DNA of 64,000 nucleotides, from assembly GCA_964016885.1 (NCBI GenBank), contig OZ024740.1, positions 178,188,001-178,252,000 of the forward strand, in the 5' to 3' direction. Shown one piece after another: positions 26,375 to 40,637 of the stretch (position 1 is its first letter; each line of letters begins with the position of its first letter). The stretch comes from Eledone cirrhosa. Taxonomy: Eukaryota. The translations under genes and the position numbers were made by a program. Under the pieces are notes generated by a model. It was not told the DNA's origin, did no database searches, and saw nothing but the letters and a program-made list of their open reading frames with translations.

Positions 26375-26421
<47 letters not shown>

Positions 26422-26478
26422 TAAAAAAATAATGAATAAAACAATGAAACAGTTCCTTATATTAAACAAAAAAAGTTC

Positions 26479-26625
26479 ATTATTAACGATCGTTTCTGGG
26501 ATATATATGTGTTAGAATTGGCATGTATATTTAACAGATCTATGTACAAAATTATACAAAATTATACAAACTATCAAAATTAAATATACATACCAACTCA
26601 TATATATGCCGTCTTCAGAAATAAT
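26479..26625 (-). ncRNA. hammerhead motif with extended stem II
   Basis: RC: AUUAUUU CUGAAGA CGGCAUAUAUAUG...CAUAUAUAUCCCA GAAAC GAUC GUU AAUAAU. Confidence 0.6.
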
Positions 26626-26785
26626 TAATTTTTTAATATTTTTAATATTTTATCTTGACTCTGTATTCCGTTTATCTTTCACCGAAAGTGATTTTTCATT
26701 GCATCTCTTCTTTCCATGATATCCGGATTACATTGAGTTCTTCATACGGATTGGACACTACCGTAAACTCTTGGTAGATTTATCT

Positions 26786-26857
<72 letters not shown>

Positions 26858-27004
26858 GTGGTAAGACAACAGTGAGTTCACCATAACGAAAACAATTGTT
26901 TCACCTTAGAGGACCCTCAGCTCGTAATGGTTATGGTTAAACGGAATTGGAAGGACAACCGTATGAACGCGCATGCGCAGAAACGGTCACTTCAACCAAG
27001 CACA

Positions 27005-27038
<34 letters not shown>

Positions 27039-27767
27039 GAAATATTAAAACAATGAAATTAAACACAAAACTGTTAATTCATAGTAAAACACATATGTAT
27101 ATATATAAATATGAACATTTCTGTGTATGTGTGTGTCGAGCTTTTTTAATGAGAGCTCATATATTCTAAACCATTCATGCGATTTCTTTGAAAAATTTTA
27201 CAGAGCTTCTCCTTGCACAACACCTGTACATGATCTACAAAGGCTTTCAAAAATCGATATTGGAACCTTTGGAGACATTAAAAAAGTTTCGGTTATTTAT
27301 GTATATTTTCGTGATTAAGTAACACAAAAGTTGTTTTCTAATCAAGAGTTATCTTTCGTAATTAGCCTCAGTCGGGTTTTAATTTACTCTTTCTACTTGA
27401 AACAAAGATAATAACTTCACAACCAGCAATTTATACTACTTGAAACAAAGATAATAACAATATCATTTCGCTGGAATAGTGCCTAAGGTTTTCATGTTTA
27501 CATAAAGTACGTTTTTCTTCTATGTATTCAAATTTACTTTGTTTAGTTTAATGAGCTACATCGAAAACCACATGAACCGTCCAAACGAAAAAGATGAATA
27601 TTGACGTATATCAATACGTACGTCAATACTCATCTTTTTCCATTTCTCCGAGGGTTCTTAACTCACTATCAGGCTAAATAAATTTCTTTAATTTCTTTAG
27701 TCAAAATACGGCGATAGCTTACATTTATAATTTCAAACTCGCTCGCTGTTTCGAAAATATTCTTACT

Positions 27768-27835
<68 letters not shown>

Positions 27836-27953
27836 GTCAAGAACCGTGTCAAGAACGAACATTATTCGATCGTTCCTCGAGCAGATAGGCAGTGAAACAT
27901 ACGTAATATGTAATTAAATATGTATATGATGCAATAATGATTCTTGGTTGCTA

Positions 27954-28007
<54 letters not shown>

Positions 28008-28012
<5 letters not shown>

Positions 28013-28140
28013 GGCCCTTTATGGTCTGAGTTCAAATCCCGCCGAGGTTAAGTTTGTCTTTCATCCTTACGGGGTCGATAAAATGAAGTACCAGTCATGT
28101 ACTGGGTAATTGCTGGCCTTGTGCCTAAAGTAGAAACAAT
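28008..28140 (+). mobile_element. 5'-truncated SINE within (TTA)n
   Basis: SINE body flanked by (TTA)n on both sides. Confidence 0.8.
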
Positions 28141-28165
28141 TATTATTATTATTATTATTATTATT

Positions 28166-31100
28166 GAATGCCATGGTTGATGGAGGCTCGGCTCTGTAAG
28201 GTATTGTAAATTTTGATCGCTATAACAATTGTAAATTGTTTAAAACTTTAACCAAATTGTAGACAAAAACACCCTCCTCTTCGTGAGAGGGGTCTTTCTG
28301 CCCGTTATTTGGCCCTTCGAGGTTAAATAACCGCTTATTGGGGTTTTGTGCCCAATATTTATTTAAACCCCAAAAAAACATGGCTACGAAAAAGAATTTT
28401 CACAAGTCACTCCCACTCATTCCGTCTTCTTCTTCCTCAATCGTCACTACAGCAGAGAGAAGATTGTCTCTCTCCCTCCCTTCTCTTTCGCAAGCGACGC
28501 CAACGACGAAAAAGGTGTACGGTAAATACGAAAACCTATTTCATTCGTCTGACGTCATGAATAATAGCAGTAGCAGCCGTAATAACAGCAGCAGCAGCAG
28601 CAACAGTGACAAGGAAAACAACAGTAGCAGCCGCAACAGCATCAGCAGCAGCATAAACAGCAACAGCATTAGCAGCAACAACAACAACAACAACAACAGC
28701 AGCAGCAGCAGCAACAACAACAACAACAACCACAGCAACAGCGGCGGCGGCAGTAGTCGTAGTACCTGTAGCAACAAAAAAAGTAACAGCAGCTCTGACG
28801 ACAACAACAACAACAACAACAACAGCAGCAAAGAAAAACCAATCTCGTTTGCAGGTATCGCAAAGAACCTGGAAACCATCCTCATAACAAATGAGGAATT
28901 ACAGGAAGCGAAGAAGATGGTGACGAAAACCGGACACCGAGCAATTTGCAAGGCAGCCGAAAAATTTTTCGAAACCCAACAGCACTGTACGGTCACGTAC
29001 CGTACAGCAAGCACAAAATCCCGTAGGGTTGAAAGAGCCACAGAGGCTCAAATACAAAAAGCCTTAGGGTCTGTGTGGCAGCGGAAAACGCATATCACCC
29101 GAGGCAAGAAATATGCCACCGTAGACGTGCTTTTTGCCACACCCCAGGAGGCAAAGGCTCAATCCTTAGTGACCCTAAGGAGCGAGGAAATGGAGTTGGT
29201 GCCCACCTACTGCGGGCAAAAAATTGTGAGGGTCAAACTGACCCCCCCCCCTGACCCCCGGGATGGCCCCTTCTTGGCTGGCCACGTCTGTCCTCGTCGG
29301 AATCGAGGACAAAACAACTGTACTGAAAGTACAGAAAAAGTAAGAGAAGATTGGGTCGGCACCTCCATTGAGATGTTAATCCAAACCAACCAGGAGTGCA
29401 TCGAAGCTATCCCGGATGTGATAGACTTCGACAACGGCACTCAACTGCCCATAAGTGTTGAGGGGAAACGCCCGAAATGCTTTCGCTGTCGATCGAAGAC
29501 TCACCTCAGGGCCTTCTGCAACGAGAGGATCCTGAGAAAGGAGAAAACCCCCCTACTTCCGAAACCGGCTCCACGGCTACCAGCAACAGGACAAGCAGCA
29601 ACCAGGAAGGATAGGTCCGTGGCACCCATACCCACGCCACGGAAATCAAGAACAGCAGCAGCAGTGGAAGCATTAACAACAACAACAGTAATACCAACTG
29701 CAGATGCAACAGAGACTCCACTGCAAACATCACCAACAACAAAAAGTAAAAGAGTGGAGCTGGTACCCCTCCCCGACCTCACAGAATCAGACATGGAGTG
29801 TGAGGGGGGAGAGGGATGGCAAAAGGTCGCAAGAAGGCACAAACGCAGAAGCAACGCATCGTCGCCTTCGAAAACGGAGGAAAGAAATGAAAAAAAGGGT
29901 AAAGGCTACTGCAAAGAGACTCACAGCAGCAACACCACCAACACCATCACCACTCACACTAGCACCGGCGACAACCTCACCGCCAACAACAACAACACCT
30001 TCAACACCACCACCACAAGCACCAACATCGCAAACACAACAAAACACACACATCCAGCAACAACAACAAGAAAATAGCAGAACCACACCCCAACCCCAAA
30101 AAAACAAATGCACGGCAATAAATACACACAACAAGAAACTAATGACTTCCATAATTGAACACACAGACATTTCACAGCACGACTACATAATACCAGCACC
30201 AATCAAAACACCAACAAACATAAGACTGGTAAAAATAGCACAGAAACAATACACAAACATTAAAACGAAATTCCCCAGCGCAGTTGGTGATTTCAGAGAC
30301 GTAGGAGGGACTATCAACCGGAGAGTATATTCGGACATACTCATAGAAGAGCCGACGATCTACCGAAGAGACGATTCAACGGTCCCTTCACCAGACGATC
30401 AAGTGAAAAGGGATGGAGAAACCATCCTTCCTCTAAGAAAAGTACGGTAAGTGGTCTTTCCCATCTTTTTCCACTCCATTTCAACATGACCTCACTCAGA
30501 ATAGGCAGCATAAATGCGCGTGGCTTGGGGTCGTCATGGAAGCAGGGTCACCTGCTCAACGACCTCAGGTCAGTAAACATAGATGTAGTGGCCATCAGCG
30601 AGACAAGAATCTCCGAAGCACGGGCCTTCGCACCGATCTAGGGGTCTGGTTCGGTCCGGACCTCCAGACGGACAAAAACTGGGACGAAGTGACGAGCAGG
30701 GTGGCTTCTCTCACCCAGAAATGGGCGGTGAGGAAGCTATCCCTGAAAGGTTGAGCGGAGGTGACTAACGCGTACATCGCGTCTGTCATCTGCTACCGCC
30801 TGACCGACGTACCTTGTCCTAAGCCCCGCCTGACTGCGCTGGAGCGTTTTCTCTTTCGCTTTTTGTGGAAGGGACGCGCTCCGATGGTCAGGCGGTCCAT
30901 CTGCTGTCAACACCCGCTACGTTGAGGGCTGGGCATGCCGTGGCTGATGATGCGCAGACACGCGCTCAGGCTACAACATCTCCACCTCTTCCTCGACAAT
31001 GATCAGGTGTGGTCGCCGTTTGCTAGACACGTCTTTCACCAGCTGGTCTCCTTGACGGAGCTGCAGTCCTGGGTCAAGCGAAGACCGAGAGGGAGCGCTT

Positions 31101-32045
31101 GGAGACTGGAATGTCTTCAGGCGCTCACAACCCTCGACCAATCGGGCAATGTGATCGGTGGAAACTCCACCTTGGCGTTCTATAGAGGATTAGTGGAGGG
31201 GAAGAGCGACGACGTACTTGGGGAAACTCTAGGCGTCGACGAAAATCAACTAGCTAATCTCTTTGGAAGGACTTTCGGGCCGGGGCCTATGGACAACTTC
31301 AAGAAATCCCTGGCCTGGCAGTGCTACCGAGGAGCTTTGCCAGTTCGGGATAAACTCTACAGGCATGGAGGTGCCGTCAGCCGGGCATGTCCGAGATGCG
31401 CGCAGGGCGACGAAACCGTCCTGCACGCACTCGTCAAGTGTCCGAGCATTGCTGACTTGTGGGTTTATGTCGAACACCTGCTGTCACGTGTAGGACGGAT
31501 CCAGCTATCAGCTGAGTCCATCGTGAGGATTGCCCCGCCTTCTTCCTTTAGCCGGGAAGGGCAGGCAGTTTTTATCTGTCTGGTGGTCATGGCGAATGAG
31601 ATAGTATGGTGGACACGTTTGAAAGGGCTGAAGACGAGCACTTACCTCTTCGGTGATGCCCTGATTAACTTTTTCAAATTTCATTTGAAAAGGAAAATCA
31701 GGGTAGAGAGGGAAGTGCTCTCTTCCAAGCATTTTGTTGAAAAATGGGTGAAAGAAGCAAGTATGGCCCGAATGAATAGGCCTTCTCTGAGTATGTGTCT
31801 GTAAATTAAAGGTGGAAAACTGGGAGAGGGCACTTGCCCTGGTGGTCAGGGTCACTGTGGTCTTTTAATGGGCTTTCTCCACAAATGCCCCTCGGAAGTC
31901 TCCCCCCTATTGGGGAATTTTTCTTTGTTATTTTATTACATCCTCTGTTTTTTACACGCAGAAATGCCCATTTGTACCGTCCTGTATTGTCCTGTACTGT
32001 CCTTAATGTCTACTTTATGTAAACCCATGTGGTTAATAAAGAAAA

Positions 32046-32046
<1 letters not shown>
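28166..32046 (+). mobile_element. Tx1/L1-like LINE with about 2-kb internal ORF2 deletion
   Basis: ORF1 with CCHC knuckle; ORF2 APE start at 30486 (MTSLRIGSINARG) fused at about 30640 to the late RT (GVWFGPD); C-terminal CPRC...H...C; AATAAA; (TTA)n on both flanks. Confidence 0.9.
28380..30450 (+). pseudogene. Tx1-like ORF1 (frameshifted) with poly-Asn/Ser tract and zinc knuckle
   Basis: ORF 28338-30077 (probable ATG 28380) has SFAGIA, CFRCRSKTHLRAFC and WQKV. It continues in the frame of 29704-30450. Confidence 0.75.
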
Positions 32047-32076
<30 letters not shown>

Positions 32077-32078
32077 GT

Positions 32079-32851
32079 TCTTTGAGTCTCAGTCATTGAT
32101 GTTAGTTAACTGGAAAGTTTGTTGAAATGAATATCAAGCCACTACCTGCAGCCTCAGATATTCAGGACGTATCGTAGGGTTCTTGCTGTTCCCAGCAAAC
32201 ATGCCTTTTGAAGCGTTCCAAAAAGCGGGACGGGCCAGTTTTCTTTAACCATCCCTGGAAACTTTTTGAGATAGTACCTAGTGTGCCTATGACAATCGGG
32301 ACCACTTTGACTTCATGGCAGTTCCAAATCCTTTTTACCTCCCACTTTAAGTCCTGGTATCGGTTAATTTTCTCCCTCTCCTTCTCTTGCACTCTCGTGT
32401 CGAATGGGAAGGCTACATCCACAATCAGGCACGATCTTCTTTCCTTGTTCAAAACCACCAGGTCAGGTCTATTGTGTTCCAGTTTCTTGTCCGTCTGTAT
32501 TCTAAAATCCCACAGCACCTTCACCTGATCGTTTTCTATCACCGACTCTGGCTTATGCTCATACCACTTATCAGAATGTGGTAAATTGTTTACTTTGCAT
32601 AGGTGCCAGTGGATCACCCTGCCCATCACATCATGTCTCCAGCCCTTATAGTGAGTCTGGGCTAGGTGTTTACACTCGGATACAATGTGAGCCACAGTCT
32701 CCTCTCTCTCTCCACAGATCCTGCACAGTGGGCTAGCCTCCTCCTTGTAAATATGGTGTTTCAACCACTTCGTTTTGAGGGCCTGCTCTTTCGCAACCAT
32801 TAGCATTCCTTCTGTAGCCTTTTTAAGGTCTCCTCTTTTCAACCAGTCCAT
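32079..32851 (-). mobile_element. 5'-truncated R4/Dong-like LINE
   Basis: WLKRGDLKK.TEG, CRICGEREETVAHIVSEC, RHD, WDF.IQTD...HNRPDLVV, IVDVAFP, EKINRYQDL. Flanked by (TAA)n/(GAA)n on the element strand. Confidence 0.85.
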
Positions 32852-32882
32852 TCTTCTTCTTCTTCTTCTTCTTCTTCTTCTT

Positions 32883-32913
<31 letters not shown>

Positions 32914-32963
32914 TTATTATTATTATTATTATTATACACACATTATTATTATACACAAGTTAT

Positions 32964-33160
32964 ATTTGAACTCAGACCGTAAAGGGACGTAACTATGCTA
33001 GGTTGGATGGCATGCTTTCTAGCACAGTTACGTCCCTTTACGGCCTGAGTTCAAATCCCGTCGATGTTAACTTTGCCTTTCTCCTTACGAGCTCGATAAT
33101 ATAAAGTAACAGTAATGTACTGGATAATCGCTGGCCGTTTGTCAAAGTAGAAACAATTAT
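32964..33160. mobile_element. SINE with short 5' inversion
   Basis: 32964-33001 is the reverse complement of 33016-33057, followed by a + SINE body. Confidence 0.7.
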
Positions 33161-33377
33161 TGTTATACACACACACGCACACCCACACACACACACACAC
33201 ACATATATATATACATACATTTAAGTTTGGTAGTTCACCACTGGATAGAACTGGTCATTCCGTATAGACAACCATGATGTAATATCAGGAAAAGCACTCG
33301 GCGCTATGCAATTCACCCATTTTGATGTTGAATTGTGTTTACCATTATTCCTTTATCATATATCTATTATGCAATAT

Positions 33378-33435
33378 ACACCTGATGATGTCACCAGGAT
33401 CCTAAGTAACCTGGCCACTGAAATTTACATAGTGT
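33378..33435 (+). ncRNA. type I hammerhead motif
   Basis: ACAC CUGAUGA UGUCACCAGG...CCUGGCCACU GAAA U UUAC AUA GUGU, with AATAAA downstream. Confidence 0.7.
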
Positions 33436-33509
33436 TTGCTGAAATAAATCCTTGAAGGAAATTCACTAGTCCGGCCTCCTGTCATTTTATATCCTGTCAT
33501 TTTATACAA

Positions 33510-33562
<53 letters not shown>

Positions 33563-33649
33563 GAGCGGAACAAATAAACATTAAAAAATCTATTAAATAA
33601 ATTAAAATACGATTTAAATATTCACCTGTTCTAATGCTGTGACCGACGG

Positions 33650-33694
<45 letters not shown>

Positions 33695-34039
33695 AATTTT
33701 AGCACAGCATCAACGAAGCTTTTGGTTGCAGCCAAGCTATCGAATGCAGTTACGGTGTGCAGCTAAGAACTCAATAGGGAATATTACCCTAGAATTATAA
33801 CATTACGTTTAGACAGCTTTGCAGATATATATAGAGAGAGATTTAATTAATGTGAGTTAATCTCATCTAAAAAGGAGTGACATGAATAAACTATATTCAA
33901 AAGAAACAACAGGAACGAAATGTGTCAACAGCAAACAGAAAATGAGAATCGAAAACCGATATCGAGCTTAACTTTCACACTACACCAGTTGTCCTCAGTA
34001 TAGTGATAGCATTACGCATTTTATTTATTATTATTTATT

Positions 34040-34418
34040 GACGCATAGAGTTACGGCCCTTTATGGTCTGAGTTCAAATCCCGCCGAGGTTAACTTTGCC
34101 TTTCATCCTTACGGGGTCGATAAAATAAAGTACCAGTAATACACTGAGATAATTGCTGGCCTTGTGCCAAAGTAGAAACAATTATTATAAATAATTGTTT
34201 CTACTTTTAAAAAACAATTATTGTAAATAATTGTTTCTTCTTTTGGCACAAGGCCAGCAATTATCTCAGTGTATTACTGGTACTTTATTTTATCGATCTC
34301 GTAAGGATGAAAGGCAAAGTTAACCTCGGCGGGATTTGAACTCAGACCATAAAGGGCCGTAACTCTTTGCTGCAAAGTATGGCATCCGACTCTCCACCGA
34401 TACTGCCAATCCACCGCG
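34040..34418. mobile_element. tail-to-tail SINE palindrome
   Basis: + copy 34040-34190 and - copy 34210-34418, with nested mini-palindromes at the centre. Confidence 0.85.
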
Positions 34419-34941
34419 GATAGTTTTGATTTTTTTTTGCGGGTTTAAATAAAATATAGACATGCTGTTTTATCCTCTACTCAGCCCTGATCGAGCGGCA
34501 TATACTTTAATGCATTCAAGACATTAAAGCCAAAACAATCTGCACAGTTGACTATGTCCAAACTTTCAAAGTTTATACACACAAAGCTTTTCGCAATTTT
34601 CCGCAAAACCAAACAAAAATACACACACAAATACTCATGCATACATATAATGCATTCATATACTAACCTATACATATACTAACATACACACACGCACATA
34701 TATGTCTGTGAGTATGTATGCGTATGTATATGTATATACGTATATATGTATGTGTGTATATATATATATATATCTGTCCATCTCTCTCTCTCTACATATA
34801 TATATATAGAGAGAGAGGAAGATCGATCGATAGATAGATAGATTGGGAGCTACAAGTTTGACTTGTAATACCGTATTCAGCTAAGTAGTCGACAAATGGG
34901 AATGTAGAATGCATCTATAGTTAAAACCTTTAACTATATAC

Positions 34942-34991
<50 letters not shown>

Positions 34992-35002
34992 CTATATATA
35001 TA

Positions 35003-35055
<53 letters not shown>

Positions 35056-35185
35056 AAGTGTTTATAAGTAAAGTTTAAGTGATAAATATAAAACAAAATG
35101 TTAATGATGAAAGCACTTAATGCTTGTAACAAATTGAAATTATGTATAGAGGTTTCACTGTGACTTTAAGTTTCACCTCTCGGGG

Positions 35186-35233
<48 letters not shown>

Positions 35234-35303
35234 ATGTGTGTGTGTGTGTGTGTCTGTGTGTGTGTATGTGTGAGAGTATACATACACAGACACACATACA
35301 CAC

Positions 35304-35335
<32 letters not shown>

Positions 35336-36229
35336 GTGTGTGTACATGTACATATATACATGCACACATGTATATATTCACAAACACCGACACGTCTATG
35401 TGTGAATAAACAAAACCACTGAAGCATTTGATATGCACACACAAATACATGCATGGAAACTTTACTCACCCGTATGCATGCAACTCTGAATATACATCGG
35501 ATATTTTCATATCACCTCTCAAAAAAAAAAAAAAAAGTAAAAGTTTTTTATTCCATACAATACCTCTAGGGTATTTTGGCAGACAAACGCAGATCTCTGA
35601 TATCCATACGCCCGGAAAGAGACGTAAATAGTCCCAGATAGAGAAGTGCTAAGTTTATGCTGTGAAGACAAAACATAAAAACGCAGTAAAAATATGAATT
35701 ACTAGGGGAAAGAAAGTTGTATGAAAAGTGTTTATGAGTTACGAACGGATCATTGCACAAGAAATTACTGATAGAAGAATACAATATAATCGATATTTTA
35801 GATTTTGACAGCTGTTTGGTTAAAAATATATATCAACTCTCAAAGGAAAATATATACAATGGCGGAATATACTGAAATACTTTTACGCACACACAGACAC
35901 ATATACGTAGACAACCACACATACGTATGTAGGTTTTGGTATATTTTTCTATAGATATTTATTTGTATAGAAAAATATACTGAAAACTATTGACGGCAAT
36001 CGCCATGAATTTAAGAATTCAGTCTCTCTCACTTGTAAAGCTTTTTTCTTTTCTTTAAGAAAATTCCCAAATTTTCGATATCTTCCGTCATCTTTCGGCT
36101 TTTTTTTTCACCGAACTGTAGAAAAATGTTTAAATCTCTAATGACATCCTTTCTCGACTTCCACTGATGATGGAACAACATCTATCACACAAGATGTCCA
36201 TATATATATATATGTCCGTATATATATAC

Positions 36230-36279
<50 letters not shown>

Positions 36280-36607
36280 ATGATAATATTGGGGTTTTTC
36301 AATATAGATTCTGGTAAAGATGAGAGAAACTATGCTGTCCAGTTTCCTTGATATAGCAATAATTCAAAATCGGCTGAGGATGTTCTCAGCCGTAGGAGAT
36401 TCTGTCGTAGACTGATAGGCTAGGGGTTGCAGAGCTCAACACTTATAAATAGAGAGAGATAAACCAAGTTATACTTAAAACATAATTTTAATTATACATG
36501 TTTCAATGTAAAGCGGCGGCCCATTCGACGATATATACGAGGTATCTGTCCCTTGCTCATACACACATATCCCTTTAGGTTCGTACGGATGTATACAAAA
36601 ACACAGA

Positions 36608-36678
<71 letters not shown>

Positions 36679-36899
36679 ACACGCATATGCACACGTACAA
36701 CTCTCTATACAAAATATTATTTTTCCTTTCAGATAGATGCGCTTCATCACAAGTTTATCATACACAAAACGCCAGCATCAACAGTTTTCCTAGAGATTGC
36801 GACATGAATGGACCTGTTATTTTTCTCTAAAGATGTTTTTTCGTTTCTGCCACTGCCTGTCTCTTCAATCTATCCATTTCTTCTATAATTTCTCATTCT

Positions 36900-37020
36900 A
36901 TTTTCTGATGAAGGACTAGTCTCCGAAACTTTAACATCTTTTCCTTTATATCAAGCGTAAAATTAATATATCTCTTCATTTATACTGTGTCGTTTGCTTT
37001 GTTATTAGTTTGCCTTTTGC
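36900..37020 (+). ncRNA. Neptune-family pLTR with minimal hammerhead (diverged)
   Basis: CUGAUGA AGGA CUAGUC UCC GAAACUUU; downstream sequence homologous to 12520-12650 (-) and 55281-55405. Confidence 0.65.
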
Positions 37021-37046
37021 ATATATATTATATAGAGAGAGATAAT

Positions 37047-37145
<99 letters not shown>

Positions 37146-37270
37146 ATATTTGTTCATTTTAATTCATGATATTTATGAAATGAATATATAAATTCTTTCC
37201 TAATATATTGTATTGGATACATTATTTAACTTTCGTTCTCTTCTGTTCCTCTTCGGAAAACCATTCTTAA

Positions 37271-37321
<51 letters not shown>

Positions 37322-38168
37322 CGCACACATATATATATATATAATGAAAAAAATGCAAACGTTAGGGGCTCCCTTAAAAATCACGTAGTATAGGGAAATA
37401 GGGTTTGAAAAAAAATGCAATGACTGGCCTTTTGGTTATTTAAAAGGTTTCTGGGTTAATATGCCAAGAAATTTGATGATTATTTATATATCTTGTATAT
37501 AATTTTGTTTACCTTTACTGGTTTCAACTGTGTTTACAGCCTTTTCAACAAGATTTTCCTTGCAGTCTTACGAAGACTGTTTTTAGTTTCCATTCATATT
37601 ACGTGGTTGGCCCTTTATGTTTTTGTTGAACACAAGAGGATGATAAGGTAAAGATCATTTCTTAATTTTAAATTTTAAATTTATATTAAATTGTTTATTA
37701 AGTAGGGTCACATATATAATAGTAAAAGAAGAGGAATTTCTGTGTGGGCAGTTTGAAACTATTTCAAAATTTTATTCAATAACTACAGATTAGACTTAGA
37801 TATTAAGAGGCTAAACACAGATTGCATTTGAGGCTACCAGGCTCGTAAGATTTTGCGGTTTTCAAATGAGACAAAGAAAGGGAGTAAGAGATGTTTGCAT
37901 TTTTCAAATATCAGAGGTAACTGGTGAGCGAGGTAGAATTCATCTGTTTTACATTAAATTTAATTTAAAATTATTCGACGTTGCACCGATGTAAGCTTAA
38001 GTATCATTTGATGTAGAAACAGGGCACTGATATACTATGTTAAGTATGAGGCAATTACCAGCAAGCGAGCAAATTTGTCTGCAATTACAATTATGGTTAG
38101 CTGTTGGGCTAGAATGAGTATCAAATATAGTATAGGCAGAATGGACATTATTTAACAGTGTTACCTAA

Positions 38169-38205
<37 letters not shown>

Positions 38206-38743
38206 ACTAAGTTTCAGATATATCTTTCTTTATTAGTTTGGTATCATATTTCCTTACGTTTCCCTTGTCGATAGTTGGATTACAACATACATACACATTT
38301 CATCCTTCATCAAATTCATTGATAAGCATTTATTTTTTTCATCAAACGAAATACATACTCATTAAACGGGGGTGTAAATGGTTGAGCATTTTACTGTCAA
38401 CAGCACACTTAACATATTTTTCATACAGTGTCAGAGTGACGCAATATGTGAAAACGCTTAAATTTGATTTACACGTTCGATCCGAGCAATAGTCTCTCAT
38501 AAGGTTCCCTCTCACACAAAGCCATGATCACTTGTGCATAATGCCACGAAGTCTGGTCGAAACCAGGACAACTTGACTGTAAAGCGAACTCTTAAACACT
38601 TTCCCATGCTAGAGTCTTAAACACTAATACATATAGATAGAAGCACAAGTATTATAAAATAAATCCTTATTATGCTTTTGTATAGTCAAATACATTTTAT
38701 ATGCACACTAGTATGGCGTCTCGATTTATGTCTATACATATCG

Positions 38744-38790
<47 letters not shown>

Positions 38791-39087
38791 GGGGGGGGGG
38801 TGCATTGTGTATGCGTCCTCGTAACATATCAATATCCGTTTCGTAATTGCTATGAACGCTTGCATTCGAGCATTTATTTCAATCACTGCTACGGTAAGTA
38901 TATATTCCCCAACACTAAGATTACCATTATTATATACTTGCTTTTATGCTGTAATGCACAACATTGCATACAAAGCCTTTCAACGAAGGCGAATAGGGTC
39001 GGCGGCTAACTCATATAATTGTGAAACTTGCTGGCCGTGAATCAATTCCTATCTATCTACCTATCGATCAATCAATCTATATAACGT

Positions 39088-40185
<1,098 letters not shown>

Positions 40186-40489
40186 ATACAACCCACCTTC
40201 AGTGAAACATCTAAGCAAACCACTGGTACTTTACAGAAAAGCCAAACTGTTAGTCCATATATTCAACTTTCTAATTCTGTGTTAATTCCTCTCTTCCCTT
40301 ATCGTGGCCTTTGGATGTTTTCTCGTATGAATATGGATTTTAGGGGTTCCGTAGTTGCATTCGGCATTTCGCGGGCATTTTAAAACCTTGTGCAGTCCAT
40401 CACTCTCTAGGACTGTGGAAAGCAGATTTATTCCAGAGAAGGAGAGAATATGAGATAGAGGAACTGATATAATAAAAGAATTGATACTA

Positions 40490-40637
40490 GTATTAAGCTG
40501 GTATTTTTTTTATCGCGGACAAACGGACGAAAGGCAAAGTTGATCTCTGCGGGATGTGTACTTCAAGGAGCAAAAACCGGAACGAATACCACGAAGCGTT
40601 CTATCCGTCGTTCAAACGACTCTGCCAATTCGCCGCT
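40490..40637 (-). mobile_element. diverged SINE copy
   Basis: CTGGTATTTTTTTTATCG..GAAAGGCAAAGTTGATCTCTGCGGGAT...CTGCCAATTCGCCGC. Confidence 0.6.

Noticed and set aside
26885-26962. HHR-like motif on the minus strand (stem I CCAUAAC/GUUAUGG, GAAACAAUUGUU)
   Set aside because: The CUGANGA core is not recognisable. Similarly incomplete cases at 21330-21390, 25216, 27890, 33640, 35596, 36164 and 37225 were not called.
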